From contig MHWY01000002.1 of the NCBI GenBank assembly GCA_001824295.1, positions 73,354 through 137,353 on the forward strand: a DNA stretch of 64,000 bases, written 5' to 3'. The number at the start of each line of letters is the position of its first letter. Position 1 is the stretch's first letter. Origin of the DNA: Candidatus Zambryskibacteria bacterium RIFOXYD1_FULL_40_13 (GTDB taxonomy: Bacteria > Patescibacteriota > Minisyncoccia > Phycocordibacterales > DATDWN01). The position numbers were made by a program, and so were the translations under genes. Shown here piece after piece: positions 57,301 through 64,000 of the stretch. The notes under the pieces were generated by a model. That model saw nothing but the letters and a program-made list of their open reading frames with translations, had not been told where the DNA came from and ran no database searches.

Positions 57301-60043
57301 TTTTATACTTACTTAAAATATTTTCTTCTATCTCCTTCCTGTCCCCACCATAAGTCAAATACGAAAGCTGTCTTAGAGAGTCCATTATTTCTGGATTGCC
57401 CTTTGGGGGAAAACCCTCTTTAAAGTTAAAGGCCTTTGTTGTCTTTCCACCGACAAGCATTTTTATATAGGCACTAAGGTTATCTATATTCATAATATCT
57501 TTTGCTGTAAATACTGGACTGAATTGTTTTTCTAGGAATTCTGCATCTTCTGCTCCAACCCGGAAGGAAACGATAGAGCCCACATTTCCAAAAACAGCAT
57601 CACGAATATCTTCTTGTAGTTGAGCGATAAACTGGTGGGCAATATTTAGTGACAACTTATATTTTCTAGCTTCAGAAAGAATAGTTGAGATTGAGTCTGT
57701 GGTAATGTTCTGAAACTCATCGATGTATAGATAAAATGGTGGAAAATCCTTGCCGAGCGAATCAACGCGAGAAAGAGCGGCCATCAAAATCTTACCCACA
57801 AGAATAAGTCCAATAAGGTTTGCATTTATATCGCCAAGTCTTCCTTTCGATAGGTTTACAAGTAAAATCTTTTTGTTATCCATTATCTCTCGGAAATCAA
57901 ATGATGATTTTTCTTGAGCAATAATCGGACGCATAATATCATTTGCAAGAAAGACATCAAACTTACTTGTGATATAGGGAACAATGTTTGCAAGTGACGC
58001 TTCCCCACCAGCCTTTTCTGCCACCTCTGTCCAAAACTGAACCACCACAGGATTCTTGCATCGAGAAATTTTCAAATCGCGGAAGGCTTTGTTCGTCATA
58101 ACTCTAGAAACATCAAGCAGTGTACAACCACTATCTGGGTCTTCTATGACAAGCATCGTAGCGTTTCTGAAATACTGTTCAAACATAGGACCAAGGGACT
58201 CGGGTACTCCACCATACAACTTTTGGAAGATACTAAACAACTCGTTAACAACAAAGGTCTTCTGTTCTGGGTGTGACCTATCGTATTCAAGCATATTGAG
58301 GGCCATTGGTCTCTCTGTGTGGCTTGGGTCAAAATATATGACATCGTGAAAGCGTTCTTGTGGAATGTTAGCGAGTATATCCTGAACATCACTGCCGTGC
58401 GGGTCAATAAAACAACATCCCTTTCCTGCATTAATATCTTGGATAATCATATTTTTTAGGAATACGGTTTTTCCGGTTCCTGTCTGCCCTATAACATAAA
58501 CATGCCTTAGTCTGTCATCGTCACGCATGTATATCGGTGTTTCAATATTACGATAACTGTTTGTGCCCAGAAATGTACCTTCTGTGCCCATCTCGGCAGG
58601 AGGTGGGGCAAATATGGCCTGGGTTTGTTTAAGCTGTGGAGTTGCATCAAGAGCTGAATTCTGGAAATGAATGACTGATGATATCTCGTGAAGATTGAGT
58701 GGCAGAAGCTGTGTCTCATCATAACTTCTGAAAGAGAAAGCCCTAAACATTTTTTGCAATGCAGTTTTATCAAGTCTCTTTGGTTTAAGTCCATTTGCAG
58801 ATGGGTCTGTAAACTGGTTGAAACTTGATTCCAGTCCACGCAGAATCCTCTCTGCATCTAACCTACTCTGGGCAGAAGCTATAAGACGAATGTTTGTGGC
58901 AACAATAGTACTTGCCATTTTCTGTTTTATTTTCTGTATTGCCTCTGTGTCTATTGGCTTTTTCTCCTCACCTTCCTTTGGGGGCGCTTTAAACAAAGAA
59001 AAAACAGTCTTTTTGAATTCGCCCGTTATTGTTTCTGGTAAATCTACGGCTTCTTTCAATGGCACACCTTTCTCTATCTGATCTATGGCATATTTGTATT
59101 TCTTATGGAAATAGTCCTCTTTTGGAGCAAAAACAATTTGAATCCCAGCCCCCTCTCCATTTTTCTGAATCTTTGAAAAACTATTTAGAATAATGTTGAG
59201 TGGGTCGTGGTCAAAGCTCTCATATGTTTTGAATGGATAAATCGGGTTATTGGTTGACTCCAGGTATGACCCTAGCGAGATACCGTCTTGATTGAATATG
59301 TTGTAATCAGATGTTGCCTCGGTCAGCTTGGCATTACTGAAAACAGCCACGATCTGCTTTTCAAACAAGGCCTTGTAGGCATTTGGAACAGAAACATAGA
59401 AAACAAACTGGTCACTGCCATTTGCGTTGGCAATTTCTAAAACGATATAATTCTTCTTGTAGTTCTTTGTATCATCCTTGGAAATAACAGAGAGCATTCC
59501 AGACAGAAACTGCTCCATGCTGGAAATAAGTTCTTTCAGAGGTTTGCTCTTTTCCTTTCCATCCAAATCAAGGTCCTCCGGCAAGACAACTTCATAAAGT
59601 GTCATTCCGAGTCCACGAAACTCTTCATCTGATATGTTGAGACCCTTCGCATCATAACCATGCTTCAAATACTGAGTAAGGAAACGATGGAAATCATCTT
59701 CTAGATGTGGGTCTTTGAATCCAGCTAAAACTGACATAGTATTTTTTATGCCATTTTCGCTTAGGATGCTCAATAATTCTTCTATTTTCTTGTCATGGGT
59801 TTCTGGCTCAAGATTCAAAACAATTGATTCCATATTGGCCTTGGCCATAGCATAAGTATCATCTAAAACTTGGGTTGGTAAAATGTTTTTATAGCGTTCA
59901 ATTTCCCCCTTAACAACATCATCAATTTTGTAATCTGCCTTAGTCGTGCGAAGTTCAAGTTCCTTATTTGAAATCTGCTCACGCAAGAAAGCTATTTCTT
60001 CCTCTGGACTAGTAAAGTTAAGACCTTCAAGATTTTTCTCCAT
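57293..60043 (-). CDS. VirD4/TraG/HerA-like (FtsK-superfamily) ATPase
   Basis: RHVYVIGQTGTGKT, FIDPHG, YIDEFQN, LSEARKY, AHQ. Confidence 0.85.
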   Translation of the reverse strand: MEKNLEGLNFTSPEEEIAFLREQISNKELELRTTKADYKIDDVVKGEIERYKNILPTQVLDDTYAMAKANMESIVLNLEPETHDKKIEELLSILSENGIKNTMSVLAGFKDPHLEDDFHRFLTQYLKHGYDAKGLNISDEEFRGLGMTLYEVVLPEDLDLDGKEKSKPLKELISSMEQFLSGMLSVISKDDTKNYKKNYIVLEIANANGSDQFVFYVSVPNAYKALFEKQIVAVFSNAKLTEATSDYNIFNQDGISLGSYLESTNNPIYPFKTYESFDHDPLNIILNSFSKIQKNGEGAGIQIVFAPKEDYFHKKYKYAIDQIEKGVPLKEAVDLPETITGEFKKTVFSLFKAPPKEGEEKKPIDTEAIQKIKQKMASTIVATNIRLIASAQSRLDAERILRGLESSFNQFTDPSANGLKPKRLDKTALQKMFRAFSFRSYDETQLLPLNLHEISSVIHFQNSALDATPQLKQTQAIFAPPPAEMGTEGTFLGTNSYRNIETPIYMRDDDRLRHVYVIGQTGTGKTVFLKNMIIQDINAGKGCCFIDPHGSDVQDILANIPQERFHDVIYFDPSHTERPMALNMLEYDRSHPEQKTFVVNELFSIFQKLYGGVPESLGPMFEQYFRNATMLVIEDPDSGCTLLDVSRVMTNKAFRDLKISRCKNPVVVQFWTEVAEKAGGEASLANIVPYITSKFDVFLANDIMRPIIAQEKSSFDFREIMDNKKILLVNLSKGRLGDINANLIGLILVGKILMAALSRVDSLGKDFPPFYLYIDEFQNITTDSISTILSEARKYKLSLNIAHQFIAQLQEDIRDAVFGNVGSIVSFRVGAEDAEFLEKQFSPVFTAKDIMNIDNLSAYIKMLVGGKTTKAFNFKEGFPPKGNPEIMDSLRQLSYLTYGGDRKEIEENILSKYKTR

Positions 60044-60066
60044 GAATTTATTATATATTATGAAAA

Positions 60067-60420
60067 CTAACCGACAAAATGATTATAAAAAACCAGAACG
60101 CCAACAGCGAAGGCGCCAAGACAGACTATCAAGACAAACCCAGCCATCGTATCCTTTATTTTAGCTATGATTGAATCGTGCTTTGGCTCAACTTTATTGC
60201 ACAAGTCCTCAATAGCAGTATTGACTATTTCTGCAGTAAGAACCATTACAATTGCAAGTACAGAAAAAGTGGTTTCAATAAATGTGAAGTCAAAAAAAAT
60301 GATACAAAACAGCACAACAGCGCCAGCTAGGATTTCTAGTCTAAAGTTATGCTCTTCCCGCCATGTGGTTTTGAGGCCATTTAGGGCAAATAAAAATGAG
60401 TGATATATTTTAGTTATCAT
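60067..60420 (-). CDS. dgkA: Diacylglycerol/undecaprenol kinase family protein
   Basis: EHNFR, EIVNTAIEDLC, IKDTMAG. Confidence 0.88.
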   Translation of the reverse strand: MITKIYHSFLFALNGLKTTWREEHNFRLEILAGAVVLFCIIFFDFTFIETTFSVLAIVMVLTAEIVNTAIEDLCNKVEPKHDSIIAKIKDTMAGFVLIVCLGAFAVGVLVFYNHFVG

Positions 60421-60496
60421 GCGTTTATTATATCAAAAAAGCCTCCAACCGGAAACCGATTGGGGGCGTGGCTTCGTGAGATAACGCCAGCTGGTG

Positions 60497-61009
60497 CTAA
60501 CCCACGAAGCCTAGTTTCTTAAAGTGTTCATATCCCTCTACAAACGCGCACCGATGCGACCTGTAGAGGTTTGCTACATCATGGAGGTCTTTCACCTCTT
60601 CCCACCTCGGCGGGTAGAGCTTTTGGTCGCCGTCGATTTTGTACTTGCCTCGACGCAGGTTACCTGTGCAGTCACCGAACTTCACTGCATAGAAGTACCT
60701 CTGAATACGACCTAGCCTCGCACGAGAGTAGCACACGAGGTCTACTTTCACACTGGGTCCAACGATAAGCCCAGTCTCCTCCCGAATCTCTCGACGAAAG
60801 GTGGTAACTGGATCTTCATCTTCGGGCTTGGGTGGGAGATTTCTCGTCCCGCCTGGATACATCGGGCGGATTGTCTGGGAATACTTTGGATCCAAGGACT
60901 CTGAATCCTGTATTAGCTGATACAGCTTATACAGGCCAGTAGTCTCATCCAACTTGTAATCCCAGATAATCCCAAAGGATGCCCACTTTTCTGGCTCTTT
61001 CCTGCGCAC
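60497..61009 (-). CDS. Divergent NUDIX-like hydrolase (GC-rich cassette)
   Basis: YPGG...RREIREETGL; GTG start after AAGGAGG; TTGACT-17-TATCCT promoter; hairpin + U6 at about 60435-60467. Confidence 0.75.
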   Translation of the reverse strand: MRRKEPEKWASFGIIWDYKLDETTGLYKLYQLIQDSESLDPKYSQTIRPMYPGGTRNLPPKPEDEDPVTTFRREIREETGLIVGPSVKVDLVCYSRARLGRIQRYFYAVKFGDCTGNLRRGKYKIDGDQKLYPPRWEEVKDLHDVANLYRSHRCAFVEGYEHFKKLGFVG

Positions 61010-61163
61010 TTGGCCTCCTTGGTCTATTCTGGGACACCCCAGATTCCCACATATAAGGATACAATACTTATAATATAAAGTCAATAAGGTAGTTAAATTT
61101 GCTAATTTAGGCGAAATTGCTTTGATTTATATGTGTAAAATGTTATAGTTTTTTAGTTCAGTT

Positions 61164-61235
61164 GGCCCTATCGTCTATCGGTTAGGACGGAGCCTTCTCA
61201 AGGCTCAAAGCGCAGTTCGATTCTGCGTAGGGTCA
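61164..61235 (+). tRNA. tRNA-Glu (anticodon CTC), CCA not encoded
   Basis: Acceptor GGCCCTA/TAGGGTC; anticodon arm GAGCC-TTCTCAA-GGCTC; T arm CGCAG-TTCGATT-CTGCG. Confidence 0.95.
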
Positions 61236-61544
61236 CACGAAGCGTAAAGTAGGCAAACTGCTTTGCCTGCAAGCGAGTGTGAAACCGCAGTCATGTCTCG
61301 CCAACAGGCGGACAGACGAGGTGAGGTCGACAAGTACTTACATTTTTTGTGAGCTTCGCGAAACAAAAAATTTAGTAACTTGTGATCACATAGACTCCGC
61401 ATACGAAACATACAAATTATTTGACTCTTTTACTAAGTAAATGGTGACTTACCCTATTTTTCCCCAAAATAGAGTTAGGCATTAGATTGTTTTACCTCGT
61501 CAATACCATTCGCAATTTGGAACCAAAAGAGCTATATTATTCCT

Positions 61545-63119
61545 ATGTCTAGAAAAATAATTGAGAAAATTAAAATCAAGAATTTTAAAAGATTTAAGGA
61601 ATTCGAAATTAAGTTTAATGATTCAATTAATTTATTAATTGGAGACAACGAATCAGGGAAAAGTACAATTTTAAATGCTATAGATCTTGTATTAAGTGGT
61701 AGTAGAAGCAAAGTGGAAAGTTGTGGTTTAGATAACATGTTTAATAGTGAAGCAATAAGAGATTTTTTAGCCTCAGGTAAAAAATATGACGATCTTCCAA
61801 CGCTTTATGTTGAATTATATTTTAATGACCAAACAAATAAAGATCTAGATGGTAAGAATAATTCAGATGGAGTTAAGACACATGGCTTAGCACTTCGATG
61901 TGAGCCAAGAGATGACCTAAGTGGAGAAATAAAAGATATTCTAAAACAGAAAGAGAGTAATTTTCCATTTGAATTCTATTCAATAACATTCAAAACTTTC
62001 GAAGGCAGTAGTTATACTGGTTACAGAAAATTTATGAGTCATCTCCTTTTGGACAGTACAGAAATAAATCATGAATATGCAACCAAATCCTATATCAAAA
62101 CTCTTTACAATAATACTGTTGTTGACGAATCAGAAAGAAATAGACATCAAAATGAATACAGGAAACACAAGGAAGCCTTTAAGGATAGCGTGCTAGTTGA
62201 CCTTAATTCAAGAGTAAGTTCTGACGAATACTCTTTCTCAATTAGAAATAATTCTAAGGCAAATTTAGAAACTGATCTAACAATAAAGGAGGGAGATATT
62301 GATTTAGAAAATCGAGGAAAAGGAAGACAATGTTTTATAAAAACAGAATTTGCACTCCAGAAAAATCAAAAGGAGCTTGATGCAATTCTAATTGAAGAAC
62401 CCGAGAACCATCTCAGTCACATCAATATGAAAAAATTAATTGATATGATAAATAAATCAGAAAATAAGCAATTATTTATCACTACTCATAGTAATTTAAT
62501 TAGTTCTAGGCTTGATCTAAGAAAGTCCATTTTGCTGAATAGTAATAGCACAATCCCTATTCTACTTGATCAACTGCCAGAAGACACAGCTAAGTTTTTT
62601 ATGAAAGCACCTGATAATAATATTCTTGAATTTATATTTTCGAAAAAGGTAATTCTTGTAGAGGGTGATTCTGAGTTTATGTTAATGGAATGTTTTTACA
62701 CTAATACAACCTTCAGTAAACTTGAAAATTCTGATATTCACGTAATTTCAGTAGGAGGTACAAGTTTTAAACCTTATTTTGATATTGCAAAAGAATTAAA
62801 AATAGAGACAGCGGTTATAACAGACAACGATGGAAATTATCAAGAAAATTGCGTAAATAGGTATTCAGGTTACAAAGATACAAACATGGCAATTTTTTCT
62901 GAAACTGATAACAAAATATCAACTTTTGAAATTTCGTTATATCAAAACAATACAAAAATTTGTGATGAATTATTCAAAACAGGTAGAAGAACACTCTCAG
63001 TGCAAGATTATATGCTTTCAAATAAAACAAACTGTGCTTTCGAGCTACTTGAAAAAAAATCAACCGAAATTAAAACTCCAAAATATATTGAGCATGCTAT
63101 TCAATGGATAAAAAAATAA
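61545..63119 (+). CDS. gajA: OLD-family ABC-ATPase/TOPRIM nuclease, Gabija GajA-like
   Basis: IKNFK, GDNESGKST, IEEPENHL, TTHS, VEGDSE, DND; overlapped by a UvrD-like gene. Confidence 0.82.
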   Translation: MSRKIIEKIKIKNFKRFKEFEIKFNDSINLLIGDNESGKSTILNAIDLVLSGSRSKVESCGLDNMFNSEAIRDFLASGKKYDDLPTLYVELYFNDQTNKDLDGKNNSDGVKTHGLALRCEPRDDLSGEIKDILKQKESNFPFEFYSITFKTFEGSSYTGYRKFMSHLLLDSTEINHEYATKSYIKTLYNNTVVDESERNRHQNEYRKHKEAFKDSVLVDLNSRVSSDEYSFSIRNNSKANLETDLTIKEGDIDLENRGKGRQCFIKTEFALQKNQKELDAILIEEPENHLSHINMKKLIDMINKSENKQLFITTHSNLISSRLDLRKSILLNSNSTIPILLDQLPEDTAKFFMKAPDNNILEFIFSKKVILVEGDSEFMLMECFYTNTTFSKLENSDIHVISVGGTSFKPYFDIAKELKIETAVITDNDGNYQENCVNRYSGYKDTNMAIFSETDNKISTFEISLYQNNTKICDELFKTGRRTLSVQDYMLSNKTNCAFELLEKKSTEIKTPKYIEHAIQWIKK

Positions 63120-64000
63120 TATTAGCTGTTGCTGGTTCTGGCAAAACCAGTCTTATAATAGATAATTTAAATTTGGAAAAGAGATTTTTACTAGTTACTT
63201 ACACTATTAGTAATACTAGAAATTTGAGAAGTGGAATTATAGAAAAATTTGGGTACTTCCCAGATAACATACAATTATATTCTTATTTCCCGTTTTTATA
63301 TGGCTTTTGTTTTAAGCCCTTTCTATCATACAAGTTAAAAGTTAAGGGTATATTTTGGGATTTTCCACCTGAACATACTTTCAAAAAAAGAAGAGATGAT
63401 CTTTCTTTTTATTTAACAGAAGGAAGAAGATTATATCACAACAGAATTGCAAAACTATTACAAGAATTAAATGTATTAGATGATATTAATGAAAGACTGG
63501 AAAAATACTACGACTGTTTATTTATTGATGAAATTCAAGATTTTGCTGGGCATGATTTTGATTTATTAAAAAGCCTTGTAAAGGCAAAGCTTGAAATTCA
63601 ACTAGTTGGGGATTTTCACCAACACACCTTTGATACCAGTAGAGATGGTACAACAAATAATGATTTACATAATAATTACGAAGAATATATAAAAAGCTTT
63701 GAGCAAATGGGTGTTAGGCCAGATACAAAACATCTAAATAAAAGTTGGAGATGTACCCCAACAATCTGTAATTTTATTACTGAAAATCTTGATATAGAAA
63801 TTTATTCACATAAAAGTAATACATCTATCGTTAAACTTATCTCTAACCCAAAAACAATTGAAGAAATTTTCAATGACAACACAATAGTGAAATTGTTTTA
63901 TCAAGAAAGTACTAAATACGCATGTTTTTCAAGGAACTGGGGAGATTCAAAGGGAGAAAATCAATTTCAAGATGTTTGTGTAGTGCTTAATAAAAATACA
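63104..64000 (+). CDS. gajB: UvrD-like helicase, Gabija GajB-like (runs off window)
   Basis: MDKKIILAVAGSGKT, VTYT, FIDEIQD, VGDFHQ, SWRC, SKG motifs. Confidence 0.82.
   Translation, partial: MDKKIILAVAGSGKTSLIIDNLNLEKRFLLVTYTISNTRNLRSGIIEKFGYFPDNIQLYSYFPFLYGFCFKPFLSYKLKVKGIFWDFPPEHTFKKRRDDLSFYLTEGRRLYHNRIAKLLQELNVLDDINERLEKYYDCLFIDEIQDFAGHDFDLLKSLVKAKLEIQLVGDFHQHTFDTSRDGTTNNDLHNNYEEYIKSFEQMGVRPDTKHLNKSWRCTPTICNFITENLDIEIYSHKSNTSIVKLISNPKTIEEIFNDNTIVKLFYQESTKYACFSRNWGDSKGENQFQDVCVVLNKNT

Noticed and set aside
61205-61411. 68-aa minus-strand ORF
   Set aside because: Overlaps the tRNA and its structured trailer; likely spurious
1066-63111. Many antisense or nested ORFs in the track (e.g. 1953..2654-, 6879..7415-, 56353..56763-)
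   Set aside because: Shadow frames of well-supported genes with no independent signals

Overview
AT-rich bacterial chromosome segment (genetic code 11). Gene content and style point to Patescibacteria/CPR, probably Parcubacteria (inference). It holds the end of the alpha/ribosomal operon (rpsK-rpsD-rpoA-rplQ-rplM-rpsI), grpE-dnaK-dnaJ, a cell-wall/tRNA-synthetase block (gltX, murG, ftsW, mraY, asnB, dac, scpAB, aspS, trpS), an accessory region at about 25.4-42.8 kb, a MacAB-type ABC system, cysS-dnaB-recR, a VirD4/HerA-like ATPase, and tRNA-Glu followed by a Gabija-like defence pair. Highlights: (1) a complete T-box riboswitch with an ultrashort, Actinobacteria-ileS-type Stem I, but with an Asn (AAC) specifier and a terminator platform, upstream of a non-discriminating aspS; (2) about ten GC-rich self-contained expression cassettes (promoter + strong Shine-Dalgarno + ORFan or enzyme + hairpin) inserted among mostly SD-less or leaderless host genes, with neighbouring cassettes sharing near-identical 3' hairpin repeats; (3) a ~190-200 nt covarying structured element in two copies, each directly beside a cassette array; (4) a CCCGGTAG...CTACCGGG palindromic element family, one copy translated inside a protein; (5) short-period repeat arrays and a GxxExxY gene bounded by a perfect inverted repeat. 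All calls come from reading the sequence by eye. No database searches or folding programs were run.
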